A stretch of 26,350 nt of DNA from Candidatus Eiseniibacteriota bacterium (GTDB taxonomy: Bacteria; Eisenbacteria; RBG-16-71-46), in assembly GCA_031370785.1 (NCBI GenBank), contig JANMQY010000139.1:1-26350 (forward strand), given 5' to 3'. The position numbers and the translations under genes are program-made. Under the pieces are notes generated by a model. It was not told where the DNA came from. It searched no databases and saw only the letters and a list, made by a program, of their open reading frames with translations. Shown one piece after another: positions 1 to 8,520 of this stretch; the first letter of the stretch is position 1; each line of letters begins with the position of its first letter.

Positions 1-2
1 CG

Positions 3-239
3 AAGGCTGTTCGCAGGCTCTCCGGCATCGAAGGGTTTCACGGTCACCAGATGCGGCACACGTTCGCATGTCAGTGGCTCGAGCGGGGCGGAAGTCTTGC
101 CGCCCTTCAACAGATCCTCGGGCACGCCTCAATCGTGACGACGCAACGCTACGCGCGACTCTCCGACGAGCTCGTCATGCGCGAATCAGAACGTCTGCAG
201 TCTCACGGGGCTACCACAGGGGTAGCCAGCAATTCTTAA
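3..239 (+). CDS. Tyrosine recombinase/integrase, C-terminal part (5' end outside window)
   Basis: Frame open from window edge: KAVRRLSGIEGFHGHQMRHTFA...LQQILGHASIVTTQRY. Contains H-x-x-R, LGH and the catalytic Tyr; stop TAA 237-239. Confidence 0.92.
   Translation, partial: KAVRRLSGIEGFHGHQMRHTFACQWLERGGSLAALQQILGHASIVTTQRYARLSDELVMRESERLQSHGATTGVASNS
209..227. repeat. Short perfect inverted repeat GGCTACC-N5-GGTAGCC
   Basis: GGCTACC 209-215 and GGTAGCC 221-227, inside the recombinase 3' end and 20 nt before the tRNA. Function unknown. Confidence 0.45.
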
Positions 240-247
240 GTCGTTGT

Positions 248-324
248 GGCCCCGTAGCTCAGACGGATAGAGCAGCGGTTTCCTAAACCGCGTGCCACTG
301 GTTCGACTCCAGTCGGGGCCACCA
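248..324 (+). tRNA. tRNA-Arg (anticodon CCT)
   Basis: Acceptor stem GGCCCCG/CGGGGCC, D-arm GCTC...GAGC, anticodon arm GCGGT-TTCCTAA-ACCGC (CCT 282-284), T-arm ACTGG-TTCGACT-CCAGT, encoded CCA end. Confidence 0.97.
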
Positions 325-328
325 ACAC

Positions 329-1324
329 CTAGTCGCCGGTCTTCTCCCGCAGCGCCACCCGCGCCGCTTCCCGCTCGATCAGCTCGTCGGTCACGCGCGC
401 GTATCGCATCGTCGTGCTGAGATCCCGGTGCCCGAGGATCTGCTGGAGGACCGCGAGATTGCCGCCGGCCTCGAGCCAGCGCATCGCGAACGTGTGCCGG
501 CAGCGATGCACATGGAAGTCCGGGATTCCGGTCCGATGCCGGACTCCGCGCGAGAATGATCCAGGGCTTCCGGCCGCATACGGCACCAGCCTGTGTTCGC
601 AACGGGAGATCTCGTCGAGTAGTTCCGGGTTCAGTGGCACGCGACGCAGGCGCCCCGACTTGGTGTTTCCGACCTCGAGCAGCGCGCCACGGACATCGTC
701 ACGCGTTGCGCGGCAAGCTTCGGCCCAGCGCAGGCCGGTTCCGAGGAGGAACCTGAGCACGAACCCAGCATGTCCTGGGACGGCGACGAGCGTCGCGACT
801 TCACGGTCGTTGAACCCGCGTGGAGCCACCTCCGCAATCCGCGGCATGACGCGGACTGGAAATGGTGAGCGCTCGAGCAATCCGACGCTGACCGCCCAGC
901 GTAGAAAGCAGCGCAGGTCGCTCAGCACGTGGGTCACTGTGTAGGGGCTGAGCTTCCAGTGATCCTCGAGCATGAGCCGAAACTCGCGGATTTGGTCGCC
1001 GTTGAGTTCCCTCAGCGTTGTGGGGCTGAGCCAGCCGAGCGCGTAGGTGTCAAAGCGAATCTTCGCGAGCCGCTGGCCCTTGGCATTCCTCGTCGTCGCG
1101 ACATAGGACGCAAGCCAGCGGTATCCCGCCTCGAGCAGGGTGGGACCGTCAGAGGTGCCTTGTTCCGGCGGACCGGGCGTATGGCCCGGAACACGCCGTG
1201 GGCTTGGACATCTGTCACGCGCGGCGACACCTCCGGAAACGATGCCTGCGGGGACCGGGGCAAACGGGTGCGTGGGCAGCGCACTTTCAGCGCACTCTCG
1301 AACCTCACGCACGTCCCGGGCCAT
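329..1324 (-). CDS. Tyrosine recombinase/integrase (~331 aa)
   Basis: Full catalytic set: GLRWAE (R), TKSG (K), HRCRH (HxxR), LGH, TTMRY (Y), plus a core-binding region (LSPYTVTHVLSDLRCFLRWA). ATG at 1324 chosen as start; the track's longer ORF overlaps the divergent gene. Start uncertain. Confidence 0.9.
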   Translation of the reverse strand: MARDVREVRECAESALPTHPFAPVPAGIVSGGVAARDRCPSPRRVPGHTPGPPEQGTSDGPTLLEAGYRWLASYVATTRNAKGQRLAKIRFDTYALGWLSPTTLRELNGDQIREFRLMLEDHWKLSPYTVTHVLSDLRCFLRWAVSVGLLERSPFPVRVMPRIAEVAPRGFNDREVATLVAVPGHAGFVLRFLLGTGLRWAEACRATRDDVRGALLEVGNTKSGRLRRVPLNPELLDEISRCEHRLVPYAAGSPGSFSRGVRHRTGIPDFHVHRCRHTFAMRWLEAGGNLAVLQQILGHRDLSTTMRYARVTDELIEREAARVALREKTGD

Positions 1325-1426
1325 GTCCCCCCGGGCCCCCCTCGAAACCCACGGCCCTCCTTGCACGTATTGCAGGCACGTCCCGCGACACGAGAGGTCC
1401 TTTCGGAGGGGCTTGTCTTGACCGAC

Positions 1427-3169
1427 ATGCAGACTCGACTGAGCGCGATGCCGCCCCTGGAAGTCCCGAACCCCTCGACGGTCGTGTCGGCGTTGGTCCA
1501 GATGCTTTCCCGCCTGGGCGTGCAAGAGGCGTTCGGCGTCTCCGGTGGCGCAATGGCGGCACTATGGGACGCACTGTCATCGAGCCCACTCGGCGTCTAT
1601 CACTTCCGTCACGAGACAGGGGCCGCGTTCGCCGCCATTGAGGCGTGCTTCGCCAGCGGGCGACCGACCGTGCTGTTCACGACCACGGGACCCGGACTCA
1701 CCAACGCGCTGACTGGCATCGTGGCGGCTCGCGAAGAACGAGCGCGCGTCATCGTCGTCTCGGCGTATACGTCCGCGTCCTCCCGGGGCCGGTTCGCGAT
1801 CCAGGAGACTTCGCGCGGCACCTTGCCTCCGTCGCTGTACGAATCCGGACGGCCGTTCCACTTCGCCACCGTTGTCGACGATCCCACGCAACTCGCCGCG
1901 GTCGAGAGGGAGCTCGCGACTGGCCTCCATCGCCGCAGCGGGTTTGTCGCGCATCTGGCGCTGGACACCGAGGCGCAGCGAGCACCTGCGGCCCAACCTC
2001 AGATTCTGTCGCTGGCGGTTCCGATGTCCGCGGAAACACCGCCCCTCGCGCAGGTCGCGGCTTGCATCGATGCGCTGAGCGATGGACCGTTTGCGATCTG
2101 GGTCGGGTATGGCGCACGCGATGCCGCGGCCGAGGTCGCGACGCTCGCCCGCTGCACGCAGGCGCCGGTGATGTGCTCACCGCGCGGCAAGGGGATCTTC
2201 CCCGAGGATGACCCGCTGTTCGTCGGTGTGACCGGCCTGGCGGGACACGCGTCGGTCATGCGCTATCTGGAGGAGTTCAAGCCGCGACGCCTGCTGGTCC
2301 TCGGCTCACGGCTGGGCGAGCCGACCTCGTTCTGGGATCGCCGTTTCATCACGCCTGAGGGCTTCGTTCACGTTGATGTGGATCCGGAAGTTCCGGGCGT
2401 TGCGTTCGGCGCCGCGCCCACGCTCGCCGTTGTCGGGGACGTCGGAGCAACGCTGCGGGCGGTGCTCGCCGACCTGCAACCTTCGAGCGGCGACGCCATG
2501 CCGGAGCTGCCGCATCCGCGCATCGACCGAATCGAGCGGCGCAGTGACGGCCCGGTACGCCCCGAAGCGCTGATGGACGCGCTGCAGGACTGGGTCGTCG
2601 ATCGCAGCGACGCAACCGTGCTGTCGGAGTCCGGCAACTCATTTTTATGGACGACGCATCGGTTGCGGTTCTCCACGCCGCACCGATACCGGGTCAGCAC
2701 CGGGGTGGGGGCGATGGGTCACGCTTCGGCCGGTGTGATCGGCGCAGCGCTGGCCAGCGGGCGCCGGGCGGTGGCGGTTGTCGGCGACGGGGCCCTGCTC
2801 ATGACCAACGAGATCAACACCGCGGTGAAGTTCGATGCGCCCGTGGTGTGGGTCGTCCTCAACGACGGACGCTATGGCATGTGTGCCCAGGGCATGGACG
2901 CCCTCGGGCTCTCGGCCGACGCAGAGATCCCGCAGGTCGACTTCGCGGCGTTCGCACGCGCACAGGGAGCCCGTGCGACACGTGTCGACCACGAGGTGCA
3001 GCTCGACGCAGCTCTGGCAGAGGCAATGGCGGCAGACGGCCCCTTCGTCGTGGACGTTCGCATCGACCCGCGGTGCAAGGCGCCGGCGTCGCTGCGCAAC
3101 GCCGCGCTCGCCGAGAAACTCTCCCTGCATCGCGAGCGGATCTTCCCCTCGCGCGAGGACCCGCGGTAA
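1427..3169 (+). CDS. scyA: ScyA-like thiamine-diphosphate-dependent acyloin synthase (acetolactate synthase family, ~580 aa)
   Basis: FGVSGGAMA, HFRHE (catalytic Glu), TTTGPG, GDGALLM...VLND ThDP motif. Segments such as RGRFAIQETS and LGEPTSFW match recalled cyanobacterial ScyA. GGAGG at 1405-1409; start is ATG 1427 or TTG 1418. Confidence 0.85.
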   Translation: MQTRLSAMPPLEVPNPSTVVSALVQMLSRLGVQEAFGVSGGAMAALWDALSSSPLGVYHFRHETGAAFAAIEACFASGRPTVLFTTTGPGLTNALTGIVAAREERARVIVVSAYTSASSRGRFAIQETSRGTLPPSLYESGRPFHFATVVDDPTQLAAVERELATGLHRRSGFVAHLALDTEAQRAPAAQPQILSLAVPMSAETPPLAQVAACIDALSDGPFAIWVGYGARDAAAEVATLARCTQAPVMCSPRGKGIFPEDDPLFVGVTGLAGHASVMRYLEEFKPRRLLVLGSRLGEPTSFWDRRFITPEGFVHVDVDPEVPGVAFGAAPTLAVVGDVGATLRAVLADLQPSSGDAMPELPHPRIDRIERRSDGPVRPEALMDALQDWVVDRSDATVLSESGNSFLWTTHRLRFSTPHRYRVSTGVGAMGHASAGVIGAALASGRRAVAVVGDGALLMTNEINTAVKFDAPVVWVVLNDGRYGMCAQGMDALGLSADAEIPQVDFAAFARAQGARATRVDHEVQLDAALAEAMAADGPFVVDVRIDPRCKAPASLRNAALAEKLSLHRERIFPSREDPR

Positions 3170-3179
3170 CGGTCACTCG

Positions 3180-5357
3180 ATGGAAAACAACACCTTCGCT
3201 ACCACGATCTACGCCCAGGCACCGGCGACGCGGACGTTCGCGTACTTGCGGCGTCTGCAGAACCTCGATGAGTGGACCCTCGGCAGCCGCATGCTCACGC
3301 GCATCGACGACGACACGTTCATGGGCACAGCATCTGGCTACCAGGCCATGCTGTGCTACCACGTGCGCACGCTCGAGCATCCGCGGCTGTCCGCGATCGA
3401 ATGGCAGTGCGGCTACCGTTATCGCGAGTACTTCAAGCAGTACCCCGTGTTCGTGTTTCCTTCGCGGTATGCGGACCCACACGGCGACGAAGACGGCAGC
3501 TACATCCACTGGGTCAGCGTGATCGATCCCGCACGCCGAACCGAGATGATCATGCAGGGGATCTCGGCCGTGCATCGCTACGAGGCGCGAGGACTCAAGG
3601 CCGCGCTCGAGCGCGGGGAGGGGGCTGAGCGGCCCGCCGCGGGGCGATTGTCCGTGATCTCGGACACGATGTGGGTCGATGCCCCGATCGAAATGGCTCG
3701 AGCGTTCCTCGCCGATCGAGGGGCCCTCGCCCAATGGGCGCCGCTCTTTCGCGCTGTCGACGCTGATGCGGGGTCGTTCCTCGACGAGTATGCGCGGCGT
3801 GTCCAGGTCGAGTTCGCCGCGTGCGATCTCGGCGACTACGTGCTGGTCGAGCAGGACTATGCGTACCCCGATCTCGGTGTGGTGCAGCGCTGCCCGATCG
3901 TCCTGGTGCCGTGCGCTCGCGCCTTCGGCCCAGAGGCGCCAGGGTTCCTGCTCCACCGGATCGCATTCGTCCGCAACGACGGGTCGCAGACGCACGGTCG
4001 CACGACGGCCTCCGAACTGAGCGCGGAGAGCATGGCGATCAAGCGTACGCTCGAGGCGCGCGCGGGGAACCTGACCAGTTTCGCTCGCGGGATGAGCTAC
4101 CGCCCCGATCCCGCGACAACCGAGGACGAGATCATGGCGTCACCACCGGACATCTTCGCACCTGAGTTCGCCGCGGATCCTTACCCGCACTATCGCCGCA
4201 TGCGCGACGAGTATCCCCTGTACTTCCACGCACCCACGCAGGCGTGGATCTTGAGCCGGTACGACGACGTCCGCATGGCGCTGACCAACCCGGCGTTCAC
4301 CACCAGGAGCTATGCCACGCAGACCGAGCCCTTGCTCGGCAAGACGATCATCCAGCTCGACGGACGCGAGCATGCGCTGCAGCGCGGGTTGCTGACGCCA
4401 TCGTTTCGCGAGGGGAGCATTCGAGAGCGCTTCTCGAATCTGATCCGCGACGCCATCGACGAGCTGATCGGCGCGGTCGCATCGCGCGGCGAAGCGGATC
4501 TGATCGCGGATGTGGTCGTGCACCTTCCGGTACGCATCATGGCGGGGTTGCTCGGCTTGCCCGTGCACGACCGCGACCGCTTCCGAACGTGGTACACGGC
4601 CCTCATTCAAGGTGCGCTCAATCTCGCCGGTGACCCTATTGTGGCAGCGGCCGGCATCAGGGCCCGGGACGAGCTCGACGCCTACCTGCGGCCGCTGATC
4701 GTCGCCCGCCGCGAGAGGCCGGGCACCGATCTCATCTCCACCCTGGCGACGACCACGGTCGAAGGCGATCGGCTGACCGACGAACAGATCATCCGCTTCG
4801 CGATGCTCATGGTCTTCGCGGGTGGCGAAACCACGGAGAAGGGGCTCGCGACCACTCTGCGCAACCTGCTCGCGCATCCCGACGTTCTAGCAGCCGTGCG
4901 GCGGGACATGTCGCTGCTGCCGCGAGCGATCGCCGAGTCGTTCCGCTACACCGCCCCGACCCACATGGTGCCGCGTCAGACCAGCGAGGAAGTGCAGGTA
5001 TCGGGTGGACTGCTGCCGGCGGGGGCCGATGTCATGTGCTTCCTCGGCTCGGCCAACCGCGACGAGCGTCGCTTCGCCGATCCCGATCACTTCGACCTCA
5101 ACCGACCCGAGGCCGACCCCAAGCGTGCGTTCACAGGCGCGGCCGACCACCTTGCGTTTGGCGGCGGCAGGCACTTCTGCCTCGGAGCCGTACTCTCGCG
5201 TTTCGAGATCGAGGTCGCGTTGAGTCACATCTTAGACGCCTTACCCGACCTGCGACTCGCCGACGAGACGCCTCCTCCCGATGTCGGGTTGTTCCTGCGT
5301 GGCCCAGCGACGCTTCCGGTTCGGTTCTCGAAACCGACGTTGGAACGAATCTCATGA
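3180..5357 (+). CDS. scyC: Fusion of ScyC-like cyclase/decarboxylase (aa 1-318) and cytochrome P450, CYP134/CypX-like (from Met at nt 4134); 725 aa
   Basis: N-half (MENNTFAT, NLDEWTL, GTASGY, IEWQCG, DAPIEM, AESMAIKRTLEARAGNLTSFARGMSY) follows recalled ScyC end to end. C-half has the I-helix AGGETT, ExxR (AESFR) and heme motif FGGGRHFCLG. No stop codon between the halves. Confidence 0.85.
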   Translation: MENNTFATTIYAQAPATRTFAYLRRLQNLDEWTLGSRMLTRIDDDTFMGTASGYQAMLCYHVRTLEHPRLSAIEWQCGYRYREYFKQYPVFVFPSRYADPHGDEDGSYIHWVSVIDPARRTEMIMQGISAVHRYEARGLKAALERGEGAERPAAGRLSVISDTMWVDAPIEMARAFLADRGALAQWAPLFRAVDADAGSFLDEYARRVQVEFAACDLGDYVLVEQDYAYPDLGVVQRCPIVLVPCARAFGPEAPGFLLHRIAFVRNDGSQTHGRTTASELSAESMAIKRTLEARAGNLTSFARGMSYRPDPATTEDEIMASPPDIFAPEFAADPYPHYRRMRDEYPLYFHAPTQAWILSRYDDVRMALTNPAFTTRSYATQTEPLLGKTIIQLDGREHALQRGLLTPSFREGSIRERFSNLIRDAIDELIGAVASRGEADLIADVVVHLPVRIMAGLLGLPVHDRDRFRTWYTALIQGALNLAGDPIVAAAGIRARDELDAYLRPLIVARRERPGTDLISTLATTTVEGDRLTDEQIIRFAMLMVFAGGETTEKGLATTLRNLLAHPDVLAAVRRDMSLLPRAIAESFRYTAPTHMVPRQTSEEVQVSGGLLPAGADVMCFLGSANRDERRFADPDHFDLNRPEADPKRAFTGAADHLAFGGGRHFCLGAVLSRFEIEVALSHILDALPDLRLADETPPPDVGLFLRGPATLPVRFSKPTLERIS

Positions 5358-5402
5358 ACGCCGGCAAATCGGGATGACGACGCCGCGCGAGGAGAAGCAC
5401 AC

Positions 5403-5465
5403 ATGACTCACAGGACGAACGCTCGGCTCGCCGGCGCCATGCCGCCGCAGAGGCAATCGGCCTGA
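5403..5465 (+). pseudogene. Possible N-terminal gene remnant (DUF4386-like start MTHRTNARLAG)
   Basis: Strong RBS GAGGAG at 5389-5394, then a 20-codon ORF whose first 11 residues resemble recalled DUF4386 N-termini. Confidence 0.3.
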
Positions 5466-5519
5466 CAATGCTGGGCACCGCGGACCTTCTCGTCCGCGGT
5501 GCCGTACGTCGGCCCAACT

Positions 5520-6947
5520 TCAGGATGCGGGTTTGATGTTCTGATTCATGCGGAACAGATTGGTCGGATCGAACTTCGCCTTGAGTTTCGCCAGGCGGTC
5601 GTAGTTGGGACCGTAGGCGCCTACTTGCACGCGCTGCGTCTCGTCCTCGGGCATGAAGTTCACGTACACGCCACCGGTCGCGAACGGGGTCGCTGCGTCG
5701 AACAACTCCCGCGTCCACTTGATGCATTCCGCGTCCTGCGATGATTCTCTCCAACGCGTGTGCACGTTCATGATGAAGTCAATGTCGCGGTGAGGATATG
5801 CAGTGGCGCCGGCCGGAAGCCGATTGACGGCCCCGCCGAGGTGCCCGATGAAGACCTCGCACTCCGGGGTCGGCAGGTGGCCCACCGCGTCGCGCACGAC
5901 GTCGAGGAATCCGTCGTCGAGCTTCTTGAAGTCATGCGACTTCCAGTAGTTCCGGGCACCCGGCGTGAGGAGCGGATCGAAGGCCGTCTGCCATCCTGCG
6001 AACGGGGCCGGTCCGATCACATCCGCAATCGGCTTTCCCAGCGCACGCAGTGGCGCGACCGCCTTCTCGGCCTTCTGAATGTCCCCGATGGCGCACACCG
6101 CAAACACCAGGATCTCCTTGCCATGCACCTCGGGGGGCAGGAACGGAAGCGGCGGAGCCTTGCGCAACACCACCCAGGCCGTGACTTCATCGGGAGCCGA
6201 GGCGACGAAGCGACGGTACCCATCGAGCAGCTCTTTTGCCTGCGAGAACGGATGGACGATGAGGCCCGCGATCACTTGAGGGCCCACCGGGTGAAGCCGG
6301 AACTCGAACGAGGTGACCGCGCCGAAATTGCCGCCGCCACCACGCACCGCCCAGAACAGGTCCGGGTTCTCCTTTTCGCTCGCCCGCTGCAGATTGCCGT
6401 CGGCGGTCACGATGTCCACCGACAGCAGGTTGTCCACGGTGAGTCCGAGCTTGCGGCTGGTCCAGCCAAAGCCGCCGCCGAGCGTGAAGCCTGCAATCCC
6501 GGTCGTCGAGTTGATCCCCAGCGGAGTCGCGAGGCCGAAGGCCTGCGCCTCACGGTCGAACTCGCCCAGCGTGACCCCGGGCTCGACGCGCGCTGTGCGA
6601 GCCGCCGGATCTACGCGCACCGACTTCATCAACGACAGATCGAGCATCAGCCCGCCGTCGCACACTGCGTTGCCCGCGATATTGTGGCCACCACCACGCA
6701 CCGCCAGCAGCAGCCGATATTCCCGGGCCAGCGAAACCGCGCGCATCACATCCGCCGCTCCGGCAGCGCGCACGATCGCCGCCGGCTTGCGATCGATCAT
6801 CGCATTCCAGATCGTGCGGGCGGCGTCGTAGCCCGGCTCGCCGGGCAGGCACAGTGTTCCGCGCAATTCCTTGCGCAGCCCTTCGAGCACCTCGGCCGGA
6901 ATCGATTTCCGGCCTCCATCGAGTGTCTTCAGATCGACTGCGGTCAC
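5520..6947 (-). CDS. FAD-binding oxidoreductase, berberine-bridge-enzyme-like (~475 aa)
   Basis: RGGGHNIAG (His for covalent FAD), GFTLGGGFG, RGGGGNFG, C-terminal YVNF...LKAKFDPTNLFRMNQNI. GTG 6947 is preceded by AAGGAG. An alternative in-frame ATG lies at 7250. Confidence 0.93.
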   Translation of the reverse strand: MTAVDLKTLDGGRKSIPAEVLEGLRKELRGTLCLPGEPGYDAARTIWNAMIDRKPAAIVRAAGAADVMRAVSLAREYRLLLAVRGGGHNIAGNAVCDGGLMLDLSLMKSVRVDPAARTARVEPGVTLGEFDREAQAFGLATPLGINSTTGIAGFTLGGGFGWTSRKLGLTVDNLLSVDIVTADGNLQRASEKENPDLFWAVRGGGGNFGAVTSFEFRLHPVGPQVIAGLIVHPFSQAKELLDGYRRFVASAPDEVTAWVVLRKAPPLPFLPPEVHGKEILVFAVCAIGDIQKAEKAVAPLRALGKPIADVIGPAPFAGWQTAFDPLLTPGARNYWKSHDFKKLDDGFLDVVRDAVGHLPTPECEVFIGHLGGAVNRLPAGATAYPHRDIDFIMNVHTRWRESSQDAECIKWTRELFDAATPFATGGVYVNFMPEDETQRVQVGAYGPNYDRLAKLKAKFDPTNLFRMNQNIKPAS

Positions 6948-7334
6948 CCTGCTGCTCTCCTTTCGTCTCTGGATGGAATTCGCGACTATCTGGCCCCCGG
7001 CGAGAAGGTGGAGATTGGCAGACAATTCGCCGCTCGCGTCGCCATCCGCAGGCGCGAGACTTTGGTCGTGGGGGCAAGGCCACACGTGTCTTACGTGGCA
7101 TTGGTACTGCGGTGACGCGTGATGCGTCAAGGGGGCTCCTGCCTGAAATGACTCCGAATCCACTCGAGGCGTCACCGCTTCAGCCGGCGAGGCGGCGGCG
7201 GTAAGTACGACTCCAAGAACCAGCAAGGCGCAACCTCTCACAAGGCGCATGAGATGTTTCCTCCTTCCCGCCCTACGGGTCGGCACCGATTCTGGTTTCG
7301 GGGCGGGCACTTTTCGGCGAGCGGCGAGCAAAAG

Positions 7335-7358
7335 GGTGCTCCGAATCCTAGGAGCACC
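7335..7358. promoter_or_regulatory. Inverted repeat in divergent intergenic region (possible operator or hairpin)
   Basis: GGTGCTCC (7335-7342) - N8 - GGAGCACC (7351-7358). Confidence 0.35.
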
Positions 7359-7569
7359 TCTCTTCGTTGCCGGAGAGGACCGGCGAGGGGTCACACCAAA
7401 GTACCGTGGACCCATCGGCCCCTGCGACGCATCTTCAATGCTCTCGGGTGTCGGCGACACCAACCTCCTCTTACGGATTCGTGCTTCGCGGCGTGTTGCG
7501 ATCTCGTCGTGGAGCGCAGGTGGCCCTGTAGTTCGCAATGGCTGCAGCTCACAGGAAGGGAGAACGTCC

Positions 7570-8415
7570 ATGAGCACGATCACGATGAAGGATGGCACCC
7601 GGATCTATTACAAGGATTGGGGAACGGGACAGCCGATCGTCTTCAGCCACGGATGGCCGCTCAGCTCGGACGCGTGGGAGGACCAGATGGTCTTCCTGGG
7701 GGCGCGCGGTTACCGCTGCATCGCACACGATCGCCGCGGGCATGGACGATCGGGCCAGCCCTGGACCGGCAACGACATGGACACGTACGCCGACGATCTG
7801 GCGGCGCTTGTCGAGGCGCTGGATCTGCGCAACGCCATCCATGTCGGTCACTCCACCGGCGGGGGAGAAGTCGCGCGCTACATCGGACGGCATGGCACGA
7901 GCCGCGTCGCCATGGCCGTGCTGATCGGCGCGGTGACGCCGCTCATGCTCAAGACGTCCGCCAATCCGGGCGGCCTGCCGATCGAGGCGTTCGACGCGAT
8001 TCGCGCGGGCGTCATCGCCGATCGATCCCAGTTCTTCAAGGACCTGAGCGTTCCGTTCTATGGCGCGAATCGTCCCAGCGCCAAGGTCTCGCAGGGCATC
8101 CGGGACTCGTTCTGGCTCCAGGGAATGCTGGCGGGCCACAAGTCCGTCATCGACTGCATCAAGGCATTCTCCGAGACCGACTTCACGGAAGATCTCAGGA
8201 AGTTCGACGTGCCGACGCTGATCCTGCATGGCGACGACGACCAGATCGTCCCGATCGGCGCGTCGGCGATGCTGTCGTCCAAGCTCGTGAAGGGCTCCAC
8301 GCTGAAGGTCTATCCGGGTCTCTCGCACGGCATGTGCTCGATCAACAAGGACCAGATCAACGCGGATCTGCTCGCGTTCATCAAGGCGCCGGTGCACGAA
8401 GCCGCCCCCAGATGA
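7570..8415 (+). CDS. cpo: Alpha/beta hydrolase, cofactor-free haloperoxidase/perhydrolase family (281 aa)
   Basis: [29 protein letters not shown] nucleophile, [12 protein letters not shown]. Purine-rich RBS before ATG 7570. Confidence 0.93.
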   Translation: MSTITMKDGTRIYYKDWGTGQPIVFSHGWPLSSDAWEDQMVFLGARGYRCIAHDRRGHGRSGQPWTGNDMDTYADDLAALVEALDLRNAIHVGHSTGGGEVARYIGRHGTSRVAMAVLIGAVTPLMLKTSANPGGLPIEAFDAIRAGVIADRSQFFKDLSVPFYGANRPSAKVSQGIRDSFWLQGMLAGHKSVIDCIKAFSETDFTEDLRKFDVPTLILHGDDDQIVPIGASAMLSSKLVKGSTLKVYPGLSHGMCSINKDQINADLLAFIKAPVHEAAPR

Positions 8416-8448
8416 TGTTCGTGAGTCTCAGGTAGTCAAACGCCGACG

Positions 8449-8485
8449 GAAGCGGGTCGCCGAGGAGTCAGCGGCGACCCGCTTC
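8449..8485. terminator. Stem-loop between convergent genes, likely bidirectional terminator
   Basis: Perfect 14-bp stem GAAGCGGGTCGCCG / CGGCGACCCGCTTC with a 9-nt loop; no clear U-tract. Confidence 0.65.
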
Positions 8486-8520
8486 GCTTGCGTGCCCGAG
8501 GGGAACAACCATCAGCGCAA

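Noticed and set aside
929..1417. N-terminal extension of the 746-aa ORF, and the 1325-1525 extension of the recombinase ORF
   Set aside because: They overlap the opposite-strand gene and lack family motifs; better starts lie at 1418/1427 and 1324.
2835..3179. First 115 aa of the 840-aa ORF
   Set aside because: Overlaps scyA in another frame; ScyC similarity begins at ATG 3180.
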